This document shows, piece after piece, positions 50,756 through 59,894 of a stretch of 64,000 nucleotides of DNA (its first letter is position 1; every line of letters starts with the position of its first letter). Below the pieces are notes generated by a model. It had not been told where the DNA came from. It ran no database searches and saw only the letters and a list, made by a program, of their open reading frames with translations. The DNA is from SAR202 cluster bacterium (GTDB taxonomy: Bacteria > Chloroflexota > Dehalococcoidia > Lucifugimonadales > UBA1123), in NCBI GenBank assembly GCA_030752795.1, contig JASMDM010000044.1, forward strand, positions 17,096 to 81,095. The letters are read 5' to 3'. The position numbers and the translations under genes are program-made.

Positions 50756-51313
50756 TTGTCATATGAGGCGCCGCAGCCGCATGCGGAGACCCGGCGTGAG
50801 GTGAAGTTGTGCGTGGTCCACAACGGTGCTAAGCTAATTAATCGTCAGCGGCAAGCACGATATTACGCTCATGAGGGACTTCAATTGCACCTGGTTGTCG
50901 ACGGATACGGCGCGGACCCAGACGCATTGCGCGACGAAGATCTGATCCTCCGATTCCTGGACACATATCCTGATGAGATCGGAATGACGAAGATCATTCC
51001 GCCTCAGGTCTACACCTACCAGGGAAAGAAACCCGAAGACTGGGGCGTCTCGGGATTCGTGCTGATCGCCGAAAGTCACATCAGCGTCCATACCTTTCCT
51101 GATCGGGGTCACGTGAACATCGACGTGTTCTCTTGCAAGCCTTTCGACGTGTCCGATTCGCTGGAAACTGTAAAAACGACGTTCTCGCTGGCCCGTACCG
51201 ATGTCTGGACGCTGGACCGTGGACTCGAGTACACCACCGCGCGTCAGGCGTACCAAGGCATGGTTCGGGAGCGCGTAGGGCTAGTTGCAAAGTCTGGCAT
51301 CGGCGATGGCTGA
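50756..51313 (+). CDS. S-adenosylmethionine decarboxylase proenzyme (pyruvoyl, class 1)
   Basis: ...GLQLHLVVDGYGADPDAL...GVSGFVLIAESHISVHTFPDRGHVNIDVFSC..., where ES is the self-cleavage site. The start is uncertain, as no internal ATG lies between TTG 50756 and the core domain. Confidence 0.8.
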   Translation: MSYEAPQPHAETRREVKLCVVHNGAKLINRQRQARYYAHEGLQLHLVVDGYGADPDALRDEDLILRFLDTYPDEIGMTKIIPPQVYTYQGKKPEDWGVSGFVLIAESHISVHTFPDRGHVNIDVFSCKPFDVSDSLETVKTTFSLARTDVWTLDRGLEYTTARQAYQGMVRERVGLVAKSGIGDG

Positions 51314-52214
51314 GCTCGCGGACGGCGCGGCGTCGGAAGGTCCGTTCCAATGGAACACCTTCCTGGACACACCGCCTGAGGAAGACCGATTCGACGACGC
51401 CTCTTTTGTTGTTCTGCCCGTTCCGTACGAGCGCACCACTTCGTTCCTAACCGGAACCCGCGACGCGCCTGCCGCCATCATCAACGCCTCCGCCCAACTC
51501 GAGGATTATGACGTCGAGTTAGGCGCCGACACATCGTTGGCGGGCATCCACACGGCGCCCGCGTTGCTCCGGGACCTGGGAGCAGCCGACGCGATCGTCG
51601 GACAAGTGGACAGGCTTGCCGACTGGGTCGTCCGTGAGGGCAAAATCCCTGCAATGCTCGGGGGCGAGCACACCGTCACGATCGGAGCTGTCAGGGCTCT
51701 GGCTCGCTACCACGAAGATCTGTCAGTTCTGTTCTTGGACGCCCACGCAGACCTCCGCGACAGCTACATGGGGACCCAATGGGGGCACGCATCGGTCGCA
51801 CGAAGGCTGCTCGACACATGTCCTGTCGTGCACGTGGGAGTGAGGAGCCTGGCGGAGGAAGAACGCAAATTCATCGACGAGACGGGGTTGCCGGTCCGCC
51901 TATGGCCACCGGAAACCGATTTCGACGCACACGTTCAATCGGTCATCGATTCGCTGACGCCGCATGTCTACGTCAGCGTCGACCTGGACGTTCTTGACCC
52001 GTCGATTATGGCCGCGGTTGGCACGCCGGAACCGGGCGGGATGGATTGGGGCCAAATTACGCGTCTGCTGAAGGCAGTTGGGCGGCATCGTCGAATAATC
52101 GGATTCGACGCAGTCGAGCTGTCTCCGAGCGCAGGACCGCCCGCCTGCACATATTTGGCCGCGAAGCTAGTTTACAAGATCATGGGATACGCTCTGTCTT
52201 TCGACCAATCGTGA
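51306..52214 (+). CDS. speB: agmatinase (arginase/ureohydrolase family)
   Basis: ...GGEHTVTIGAV..., FLDAHADLRD, SVDLDVLDPS...GTPEPGG (Mn-binding motifs). Its ATG overlaps the upstream stop (ATGGCTGA). Confidence 0.9.
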   Translation: MAELADGAASEGPFQWNTFLDTPPEEDRFDDASFVVLPVPYERTTSFLTGTRDAPAAIINASAQLEDYDVELGADTSLAGIHTAPALLRDLGAADAIVGQVDRLADWVVREGKIPAMLGGEHTVTIGAVRALARYHEDLSVLFLDAHADLRDSYMGTQWGHASVARRLLDTCPVVHVGVRSLAEEERKFIDETGLPVRLWPPETDFDAHVQSVIDSLTPHVYVSVDLDVLDPSIMAAVGTPEPGGMDWGQITRLLKAVGRHRRIIGFDAVELSPSAGPPACTYLAAKLVYKIMGYALSFDQS

Positions 52215-52393
52215 GCCCATGATAAGATTACTGCGAATCGCCGCCGGCTCCAAGACAAGCGTGCGACCGATGAATTCGGCATCAAAGTCGAATGCCTTGA
52301 CTCATCAGGGCGACCGGTGGCCAGCGTCTGCATCCGAGTGACCGGTCGCGAATGTAAGATGTGGGGAACCGCAGCAACGAAAGGCGTCTAGTG

Positions 52394-53587
52394 ATGGCGG
52401 CTCAGGACAAACTGATCTATCTGGACAACGCGGCCACGACCGCGGTCCGGCAAGAAGTGCTGGACGCGATGTACCCGCACTTCGTCACGAGTTTCGGCAA
52501 CCCGTCGGGCATACACGGCGTCGCCCAAGAAGCTCGAAAAGCCGTCGATGAGTCCAGAGAAACCATTGCCGGAATACTTGGCTGTCGCATCGGCGAGGTG
52601 GTGTTTACGAGCGGCGGCACCGAGGCAGACAACGCGGCAATTAAGAGTGTCGCCCTTGCCTTGCGCCATGTTGGCAACCACATCATCACGACCAGCATTG
52701 AGCACCACGCCGTGCTGCACTCCTGCCATCAGCTCGAGCAGTTCGGTTTCGACGTGACGTACCTGCCGGTCGATTCGGACGGCCTCGTCAATCCTGACGA
52801 CGTAGCCAACGCGATCACGAACCAGACCATCCTGGTCAGCGTAATGCTGGCCAACAACGAAATCGGCTCCATACAGCCCATGAGTTCCATCTCGGACGTT
52901 GTGCGGCAGGAATCCGATCGGCGCGAAAAAAAGATCGTCATGCACACCGACGCCGTCCAGGCCGCCGGATATCTGGACCTCAACGTTCGCGAGTTGGGCG
53001 TCGACCTTCTGAGTCTGTCAAGCCACAAATTTCACGGACCTAAAGGTGTCGGATTACTGTACGTGAAGCGAGGAACGCCGTTCGAGCCTCAAATGACGGG
53101 AGGCGGCCAGGAACGCGAACGCAGATCCGGCACCGAGAACGTCCCCGGCATCGTCGGGATGGCGCATGCGCTTCGCCTCGCCACCGACGAGCGCGAAGAG
53201 CTGTCGGCGCGACTAACACCGATGCGAGATCGGATCATCGAAGGGCTCCAGCGCGATTTGGATCGAGTCAGGCTCAACGGTCACCCGACTCGGCGGCTCG
53301 CCAACAATGTGAACATCTCCTTTGAGAACGTCGAAGGGGAGCCTATACTGCTGGGTCTGGACCTTGCAGGCATATGTGCCTCCAGCGGCAGCGCCTGCTC
53401 GTCGGCGTCGCTTGAGCCGTCGCACGTTCTGCTCGCCATCGGACTCGACGCTGACCTGGCTCAGAGCAGCCTGCGCGTCACACTGGGCCGAGACAACACC
53501 GATTCAGACATCGATTATCTGTTATCAGTACTGCCGGATTTGGTGGCGCGGTTACGCCAGATGCCATCACTGTCGGGAGTTAAATAG
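52394..53587 (+). CDS. cysteine desulfurase (NifS/IscS class V aminotransferase)
   Basis: IYLDNAATT..., [12 protein letters not shown] (PLP Lys), SSGSACSS (active-site Cys). Confidence 0.92.
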   Translation: MAAQDKLIYLDNAATTAVRQEVLDAMYPHFVTSFGNPSGIHGVAQEARKAVDESRETIAGILGCRIGEVVFTSGGTEADNAAIKSVALALRHVGNHIITTSIEHHAVLHSCHQLEQFGFDVTYLPVDSDGLVNPDDVANAITNQTILVSVMLANNEIGSIQPMSSISDVVRQESDRREKKIVMHTDAVQAAGYLDLNVRELGVDLLSLSSHKFHGPKGVGLLYVKRGTPFEPQMTGGGQERERRSGTENVPGIVGMAHALRLATDEREELSARLTPMRDRIIEGLQRDLDRVRLNGHPTRRLANNVNISFENVEGEPILLGLDLAGICASSGSACSSASLEPSHVLLAIGLDADLAQSSLRVTLGRDNTDSDIDYLLSVLPDLVARLRQMPSLSGVK

Positions 53588-53611
53588 ACCATCGGACAGG
53601 AAGTTACACAT

Positions 53612-54199
53612 ATGCGAATCCCATTTCACCGGGCGGTGCGTTCGGCGCCCACACGGCCATTCCCCCGTCGATGCGAAATCTCGTTCGCGGCCGCGCTGGT
53701 CATGGCGACGTTGTTGACAGTCGCTGCTTGCGGCAGCGACCCCGGAATCCACTACGCCAGGGGTCGCAGCATCGAAATCCATGCCACGAATCCGGTGACT
53801 GTCGAAAAAGTCGCCTTCACGGACACTAAAGGCGGGCACCGAGTCGTAAGGCCGCGCGCGTCGAATCGCGAGCTCGCGGTTGTCAAGGTGACCGTCGTCA
53901 ATCGGACCAGCACCGTGATGCCGTTGTTGATCCAACCGGATTCTGCCAAGCTCGGTGATCGACGGGGCGAGCGGATCGTCGCGGTTGACCCGTTCGGAGT
54001 TTCGGCAACCACGGACGTTGAGGTCAACGAAGAAAACCTGTACTCACCCTTGCTCTGGGGTGAAGTTCCGCTCGAACGCCAGATGCAAGTGCAAGGCTGG
54101 ATGGTTTTCGACGTGCCTAAAGGCCTGACCCTCGGTTCCCTGTTTTGGGACGAAGTGGATGAGGTAACCGTGGACTACATCGAGTACTTCAGGCGATAA
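53612..54199 (+). CDS. DUF4352-like lipoprotein
   Basis: The signal and lipobox read ...LLTVAACGS. The beta-rich body reads ...LAVVKVTVVNRTSTVMPL...GWMVFDVPKG. The family call is from memory. Confidence 0.6.
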   Translation: MRIPFHRAVRSAPTRPFPRRCEISFAAALVMATLLTVAACGSDPGIHYARGRSIEIHATNPVTVEKVAFTDTKGGHRVVRPRASNRELAVVKVTVVNRTSTVMPLLIQPDSAKLGDRRGERIVAVDPFGVSATTDVEVNEENLYSPLLWGEVPLERQMQVQGWMVFDVPKGLTLGSLFWDEVDEVTVDYIEYFRR

Positions 54200-54373
54200 C
54201 TCCGAAGATCCGTCACGACGAACATCGCCGGACCGGCATCCACTTTCCCGGTACGCAACATCATGGATATCCGGCGCCGAAGTGCGATTCGTGAATCTAT
54301 TCTAAGAACGCCGCATCCGATATAATGAGGTCCAACTCAGTCGGACCCACATAGAAAACCGGTGGAGGAATCG

Positions 54374-54700
54374 ATGGCACACCCTATTGTAGTTACCGAC
54401 GCGAATTTTGAGGAAGAAGTTGCTGGGTCCGATACGCTCGTCGTGGTGGACTTCTGGGCCGAGTGGTGTGGTCCCTGCAAGATGATCGCACCCATCGTCG
54501 AGCAACTCGCTGACGAGTACGACGGCAAAGTCAAATTCGCGAAACTCGATGTTGACTCGAACCCGCAAACCGCGATGAACTTCGGCATTCGCGGCATCCC
54601 GGCCCTTCTGATCTTCAACGACGGCAAGCCCGTTGACACGGTCGTCGGCGCGGTGCCCAAGTCCGTGCTCAAAAAACGGGTCGACGCCGCGATCTCTTAG
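54374..54700 (+). CDS. trxA: thioredoxin
   Basis: MAHPIVVTDANFEEEV...VVDFWAEWCGPCKMIAP...GIRGIPALLIF. GGAGG lies 5 nt upstream of ATG 54374. Confidence 0.95.
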   Translation: MAHPIVVTDANFEEEVAGSDTLVVVDFWAEWCGPCKMIAPIVEQLADEYDGKVKFAKLDVDSNPQTAMNFGIRGIPALLIFNDGKPVDTVVGAVPKSVLKKRVDAAIS

Positions 54701-54919
54701 GCGCCTGACGGCGGGGCAACCCAAGGACAAAGACCCGCCGGAATCGCTTGCCTGAACACAACGAGATATAGCCGACCTCGCGCTTTGTGCGCTAGGCCGG
54801 TAGTCTTGCCCGAAATCTTCGGCTCGTCATCCGTTCGCGGTGTCGGGTCGGCGAAACTTCGCGACCGCGTGGCATCAAGATCGGTGTCCGCGGATTGGGA
54901 ACCGATCGAAGTTGCACAT

Positions 54920-55017
54920 GGGAGCGGATGGGGCCTGGTGGCTCCTGCGGTCTTCAAAACCGTTGGCGGCAACCCTGCGGTTGGCGCGGTGGGTTCGACT
55001 CCCTCTCGCTCCCGCCA
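54920..55017 (+). tRNA. selC: tRNA-Sec (anticodon UCA)
   Basis: GGGAGCGG-AU-GGGGCC-UGGU-GGCUCC-U-GCGGU-CUUCAAA-ACCGU-[long variable arm GGCGGCAACC-CUGC-GGUUGGCGC]-..GGG-UUCGACU-CCC..-UCGCUCCC-G-CCA. Hand folding gives an 8-bp acceptor stem, a 6-bp D stem with a 4-nt loop, a 7-nt anticodon loop with UCA at 54954-54956, a variable arm of about 25 nt, and an encoded CCA. These are the bacterial tRNA-Sec hallmarks. Confidence 0.9.
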
Positions 55018-55320
55018 CCCGTGTGCCCTGAACCGCGCCCCTCAATATTGGCTACGATTGATGATCGCCGCGCCTAACCGTGAGTGATCCCGCTCCCCCG
55101 ACCGTGCGTCCCATCATGTTCCGTCTTTCAACGCGCTGGGTAATATCCCACACCGGACAGTTTGTCGCCACACGTCGGCAGATTACTGCCGTGAGTTCGG
55201 CGGTGAACCATGGTTTCCCAAGCCTGTTGTCGGTTAAATATTGATATGGGAACTTGCTCACGCTAGCGTTTCTGATTTATCAATTCCCGAGTCGCGGTGG
55301 CTCGGTTGGGAGATCGCAGG

Positions 55321-55617
55321 ATGGTCGAATTTTCGACGACTGAACGGGCGGACAGTGCCAGCGAGCATTTCACGGCTCTGAAGAAATACGCGAACCGCGT
55401 GGTATTGGAGGGTCAGACGCTCTCGGAGGCCGAGGCGGAAGATAAAGAAGCTCGATTGCAGGAAGTTCGCGAGTTCGGCGACAGATACGGATTCTCGGAC
55501 AAAGACGTGGTCAAGCTGATCTTCGGCAGGATTTTCAGCGACCGCAAACAGTGCGGATGCCCGACGTGTCGTGCCCGTCGCCAAATGCGCATCGACAAAG
55601 CGGGCAGGGGAGCGTAG
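55321..55617 (+). CDS. hypothetical protein (98 aa) with C-terminal CGCPTC motif
   Basis: GGGAGA lies 7-8 nt upstream of ATG 55321. MVEFSTTERADSASEHFTALKKYANRVVLEGQTLSEAEAEDKEARLQEVREFG...KQCGCPTCRARRQ. A strong terminator follows. No family recognised. Confidence 0.45.
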   Translation: MVEFSTTERADSASEHFTALKKYANRVVLEGQTLSEAEAEDKEARLQEVREFGDRYGFSDKDVVKLIFGRIFSDRKQCGCPTCRARRQMRIDKAGRGA

Positions 55618-55691
55618 TCCGACTACGCGGAGAATGACCTGGCTCGCGCGAGCGCCACGGCAGTTCTCAGGCCGTGCACGAAACAACAAAC

Positions 55692-55722
55692 GAAAAGGGA
55701 CGGTCTCGCGACCGTCCCTTTT
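55692..55722. terminator. bidirectional rho-independent terminator
   Basis: AAAAGGGACGGTC-tcgc-GACCGTCCCTTTTT, lying between convergent genes 55321..55617 (+) and 55744..56286 (-). Confidence 0.75.
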
Positions 55723-55743
55723 TGAGTCTCCGAATTGGCTCGT

Positions 55744-56286
55744 TTAGCCCTGAGTCAGCAGTATCCCGAGGACCTCAGGAGCGGCTTGGGTGGCCCTTTC
55801 TCGAAGGCCGTCGGCGTCCAGGCTGCCCAGAGGGTGCGGAAGCACCACGTACGGGTAGTCTGGGATTCCGCCAAGCTTCGCCATGGCCTCGGCACTGTTA
55901 GCGAATGGCTCGGTGCAAATCACTGCCGTCGGCAAGCCTTTGCGCTCGAAGGTGATTCCGTCGTGCACACTGCACGACGAGCAGGACCCTCAATCGCCCG
56001 ATGCGGTAATGATTACGTCACACTCCTTCGCCATCTCCTCGATGATCGGAGCGGGACACGGTCGCGAGGCGTTGCCCTTGTTGCGCTCGACGACGGTTTT
56101 GAAGCTGTAGCTGTCTGCCAGCACTTCACTGATCGCGGTCAGCAACTTTTCCGAATTGAGTTTGCCGTTGGCCAACAAGCCGACGACTTTGCCGTCCAGC
56201 GTGGTCGGGCGCTCGGCAACGACCGCGTGAGCAGGTATCGGCTGCACCGTAGGGTCGAGCACTCCCAACTTGGTTGCGATTACCAT
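55744..56286 (-). CDS. U-G-S-C motif selenoprotein (180 aa; TGA at 55990-55992 read as Sec); function unknown
   Basis: Track ORFs 55990..56286 and 55744..55968 share one frame. The joined sequence is MVIATKLGVLDPTV...AKECDVIITASGD-U-GSCSSCSVHDGITFERKGLPTAVICTEPF...LGILLTQG. GGGAGG lies 7 nt upstream of ATG 56286. A SECIS hairpin starts 11 nt after the UGA. selC, selA and selD are all in this window. Confidence 0.85.
55960..55978 (-). promoter_or_regulatory. SECIS element (mini stem-loop) of the UGSC selenoprotein mRNA
   Basis: UGA followed by 11 nt (GGGUCCUGCUC), then GUCGUGCA-GUG-UGCACGAC. This is a perfect 8-bp stem with a G/U-containing apical loop, matching the spacing of the minimal E. 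coli fdhF SECIS. Confidence 0.65.
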
Positions 56287-56328
56287 AAACGAACCTCCCT
56301 TTCGGTCGCGAGACCTTTCACCCCTTGG

Positions 56329-57360
56329 TTATCCCTGGACCCTCTTGGTCACCGACTGAGAGCCGGCGCCTGCGCCCCACAGCGGTATTATACTCGAAAA
56401 CGCGCCAGCCGCACCGCCGGCCACCAATATCGTGATGTTGTCCAGCTCGGACGCCACCGGAACCATCCTTGACGATCCATCGGCGTTGGGCGGCACGACC
56501 TCGCCGGCTGCGCGCCAGTCCGCGTCAGACCGCTGGGACGTTTCGAACAAGAACTGTCGCACCTGGGCCTTCGACCAGCCCGCCGCTTTGATGTTGCCGA
56601 TGTGCTCCGGGCACAACACGGCGACGAGCTCGTTTTGCGTCGGACCCACCGAGAACATCGCGTCTCGGAAACTTACCAGAATCTCCTCCGGCGCCTGTGC
56701 GTGATGGTTGGCAACTTGAGTGCCCGACAACGCTGCGAATATCGACACGGTGCTGTCGCCGGCATCGAAGCCGCGAGTCGCGTGCATGGGCTCCCACGGA
56801 TTGACGTCGTCCGCTTCGGCCATGCACCAAGAGAACTTGCCCGGATGCCCGAGCGTCGCCTTGTCGATTTCACCGGAAGACGAGCCCGTGGCGTTGATGA
56901 TGATGAGCCTGATCGCTCGACCGATCGTCGCGTTGGCCCGATGCCCGGGACCGAACACGCTCACGCCCGAATTGATGCCGATCTCTTTCGCGATGGGACC
57001 GCTGACCACAGTGAGCACGGCGGCGCCCATCGTCGACGCCGTGATGGCGTGGAGGTTGAACTCCGGCTCGCACATGGCTTCGACGGCGGTCACGATGACC
57101 GGAAAGTACTCGGGCAGACAACCAGCCATGACCGCGTTGACGGCGATCTTCTCCGCCGTGATCACGCGGCCCTTGGTCGGCTCGGTTCCCACGATCTCGG
57201 ACGGCGATCGACCGGCGGCGGCCAGACATGCCAGCACGCGATCGGGCGTCGGCGGCGTGATGGGCAAGCCGTCCGTCCAACCTCTTCGCAGGTACTCCTC
57301 GGCTATCTCCGACTCTTCGTCGAATTCCAATATCGCTGAAGTCAAATTAGCGCCTGTCAT
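56329..57360 (-). CDS. conserved hypothetical protein (343 aa), probably co-transcribed upstream partner of the UGSC selenoprotein
   Basis: GGAGG lies 5 nt upstream of ATG 57360. MTGANLTSAILEFDEESEIAEEYLRRGWTDGLPITPPTPDRVLACL...AVNAVMAGCLPEYFPVIVTAVEAM.... It ends 42 nt before the UGSC start. Composition is coding-like, but I recognise no family. Confidence 0.75.
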   Translation of the reverse strand: MTGANLTSAILEFDEESEIAEEYLRRGWTDGLPITPPTPDRVLACLAAAGRSPSEIVGTEPTKGRVITAEKIAVNAVMAGCLPEYFPVIVTAVEAMCEPEFNLHAITASTMGAAVLTVVSGPIAKEIGINSGVSVFGPGHRANATIGRAIRLIIINATGSSSGEIDKATLGHPGKFSWCMAEADDVNPWEPMHATRGFDAGDSTVSIFAALSGTQVANHHAQAPEEILVSFRDAMFSVGPTQNELVAVLCPEHIGNIKAAGWSKAQVRQFLFETSQRSDADWRAAGEVVPPNADGSSRMVPVASELDNITILVAGGAAGAFSSIIPLWGAGAGSQSVTKRVQG

Positions 57361-57576
57361 CCTACCCTCCACGTTCGCAACGCAGCCGTTGCAGATTGGC
57401 TGGTAATCTAGACCACAGCCTCAATAATAGCAAGTTCGACGAACCCTGCAACTCGGAAATTTCGTTTGAGAGGGCCAATACTGCCGTCCGGTTTATGACT
57501 GGCTGCATCGTGCCCTATGCTAAAATTGCCTCGAACAACAGCTCAAGGCGACTCACGACTCCCGGGAGACGATTGT

Positions 57577-58488
57577 ATGACCCAACAGGAAGCTAGGCCC
57601 AGGTTCGAGTCGGTGCCAACTGCCGCTTCCGATTCACCACCGAAATTCGCCCATCCGTCTGAAAAGGAATTCGCGCAGATATTGGACTTCTACGGATTGC
57701 GATGGTCGTACGAACCGTACTCGTTCCCGCTTCGTTGGGACGGCGACGCGATCGCGGAAATGCTGACGCCCGATTTCTACCTGCACGACCTCGACCTGTA
57801 CCTCGAATTGACCACGATGAAGCAGAGCCTGGTCACGCAGAAGAACCGGAAGATCAGACGGATTCGAGAGATATATCCGGATATCAACATTCGGCTGCTC
57901 TACAGGAAAGACTTCCACCGGCTGCTGGCCAAATTCGGATTCGGACCGTTGGCCGAGTCTGGCGTCCCGGGAATCAACAAGGTTCTTCTATCCGACGGGC
58001 AAGTCCAGCAGAAGGTTGACGAGCTCGGCAAAGCGCTGTCGAAAGACTACGCTCAAAAGCAGCCGGTCCTGGTCGGTGTGCAGCGAGGCATGGTGTGCTT
58101 CATGGCGGACCTGATGCGAAAGATCACGCTGCCCGTCATGATGGACTTCATGTCGATCTCGCACTATCGCGGAGCCGACGGCGCCGGTCTCCGGATCACG
58201 AAGGACTTGGACATCGACCTGTACGGCCACGACGTCGTTTTGGTCGAGGACATCGTCGACACCGGCATGACGCTGAACTACCTGTTGGGCCATCTACGGT
58301 CAAAAGGGGCGGCGTCGGTCGAGGTGTGCACGCTCCTGGACAAACGAGCCCGTCGCATCGTGGACGTGCCGATAAAGTACGTGGGCTTCGAGGTCCCGGA
58401 CGAGTTCCTGGTGGGGTACGGACTGGACTATCAGGAGAAGTACCGGAACCTGCCGTTCATTGGAGTGCTGCGGCCCGAGGGCGGGTAG
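57577..58488 (+). CDS. hpt: hypoxanthine phosphoribosyltransferase with a roughly 140-aa N-terminal extension of unknown function
   Basis: The C-terminal roughly 180 aa read ...VLVGVQRGMVCFMADLMR...VVLVEDIVDTGMTLNYL (PRPP loop)...VGYGLDYQEKYRNLPFIGVL. The N-terminal part is MTQQEARPRF...EFAQILDFYGLRWSYEPYSFPL...LTPDFYLHDLDLYLELTTMKQ.... Confidence 0.85.
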   Translation: MTQQEARPRFESVPTAASDSPPKFAHPSEKEFAQILDFYGLRWSYEPYSFPLRWDGDAIAEMLTPDFYLHDLDLYLELTTMKQSLVTQKNRKIRRIREIYPDINIRLLYRKDFHRLLAKFGFGPLAESGVPGINKVLLSDGQVQQKVDELGKALSKDYAQKQPVLVGVQRGMVCFMADLMRKITLPVMMDFMSISHYRGADGAGLRITKDLDIDLYGHDVVLVEDIVDTGMTLNYLLGHLRSKGAASVEVCTLLDKRARRIVDVPIKYVGFEVPDEFLVGYGLDYQEKYRNLPFIGVLRPEGG

Positions 58489-58787
58489 GGGGCCGACGAG
58501 CGATCAAACGCGCCCCGAAGTAAGCAACGGGACGCCATCGCCTTACCGGCCAGGTCCGCATGGCAATGAATTATGTCAGACACAAGAACGCCCCAAGGGA
58601 CTTCGCCTATCTGCTCATCGCCCCGCTGCCTCCGCGGGTGGGCCGCGTCGGCTCTCATGCCAGAAGCATGTGGCTTGGTTCCTTGGGACTTGATTAATAC
58701 TACCAAATATCCGGAGATTTATCAATGCGCTTGGACCCTCGCGGTGCATGACAGACCCGTGTGTTTCTAGTCTTGGGAACCTAGGCT

Positions 58788-59545
58788 TCACGAGACGATC
58801 ATGAACTCCATCTCGTCCATGTTCAGAGGTTTACGCTCCCATCGGGCCGCATTTCCGCGCCAGACGTGTTGCACGTCGAAGCCTGCGCTTTCCACGATGG
58901 CGACCAGCTCCGGCGGGATGAAGAGCCGCTCAGGGTATGACCTTTCTACGGGTCCACCGGGCATGTCGAATTCCTCAGTGATGCGTTGCGTCATCGTGGC
59001 AGGATCGAACTCAGCTGACTCGATTTGTTCGGGCGTGATTTGCCGAATCGTCCAGTAGCCGTTCAAAGTGGTCAATACAAACGGCGAACCGGGCTTCAAC
59101 GTGCGGTGGATGTTCTCGAGAATCGCTGAATCGTGTTCGACCGGATCTTCGCCGTGGCGAGCAATCCAAGCGAGCCCTCGCATATGCAGATGGCGGCGTC
59201 GTGCACCGGGCGAAGACTGAATCGGGTGGCGTTCGCCCGCACCCAGTCCGGCCGTTGGTCGAGGCTGGCCGCCGACGCCATCGCCTGCCGGAGCATGCCA
59301 CCAGATAGATCTACATTGGTGACACGGTAACCTCTGCGAGCGAGTTCGATCGAATGGCGACCAGTCCCGCATCCGACGTCCAGAATTCGTGCTCCCGGCC
59401 GAAGATCGAGTTCTTCGACCAGGAAATCGACCTCCCACAGCGTGCCCCTGGTGAAATTGTTGGTCATGTATATCGGCGCATGCGCGTCGAAGAATTTGTT
59501 CCAAAAGTGCTTGGTTCCTCCGCGAGGCGAGTCACCGGAATCCAT
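58788..59545 (-). pseudogene. class I SAM-dependent methyltransferase with a 1-nt frame break near 59150-59165
   Basis: AGGAGG lies 8 nt upstream of ATG 59545. MDSGDSPRGG...ILDVGCGTGRHSIELARRGYRVTNVDLS (motif I)...AAICICEGSLGLLA then runs into junk and a stop at 59096. The other frame continues GEDPVEHDSAILENIHRTLKPGSPFVLTTLNG... to 58788. Confidence 0.75.
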
Positions 59546-59894
59546 CGTCGACACCTCCTGATAGTCACGCATCGTGCGCGATCGACGGCGCCGATCGTGC
59601 TGCTCCCAGAGTGTGGGGTCTGTATGCACACCATACGATAGACACGGTCGCGATGACAGCCACAACCTTCCCATATAGTGGCGGATTGAGATGGCGCGAC
59701 GTGACACGATAAGAGGGCGTCGGCAAACAAAAGGGCGGCCCTTCGCAAGAGCGGTGAGTTCATTGCTAAAGAGTTCACAAGTGTTCCTAGCCACCCGATG
59801 CATCGCCTCGAGCGTCCGCGAGCAGCGGGCGTTTTTCTTTTCTCGGAATGTCCGCTGAACGACTCGCGGCGGTTGCCACTCCCGTGACAAAGTA

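Noticed and set aside
52394-53587. The NifS-like cysteine desulfurase as a dedicated selenocysteine lyase of the Sec trait.
   Set aside because: Sequence alone cannot separate cysteine desulfurase from selenocysteine lyase, and the gene is not adjacent to any sel gene.
55052-55261. Track ORF (-) of 69 aa immediately after selC.
   Set aside because: It has a GTG start with no RBS, its composition is odd, and it lies antisense in a terminator-less spacer. There is not enough support to call it a gene.
55018-55740. A genomic island or prophage integrated at tRNA-Sec, suggested by the AT-richer DNA directly 3' of selC.
   Set aside because: The stretch is only about 700 bp with one small ORF. 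It has no integrase or excisionase, and I saw no direct repeat of the selC 3' end downstream.
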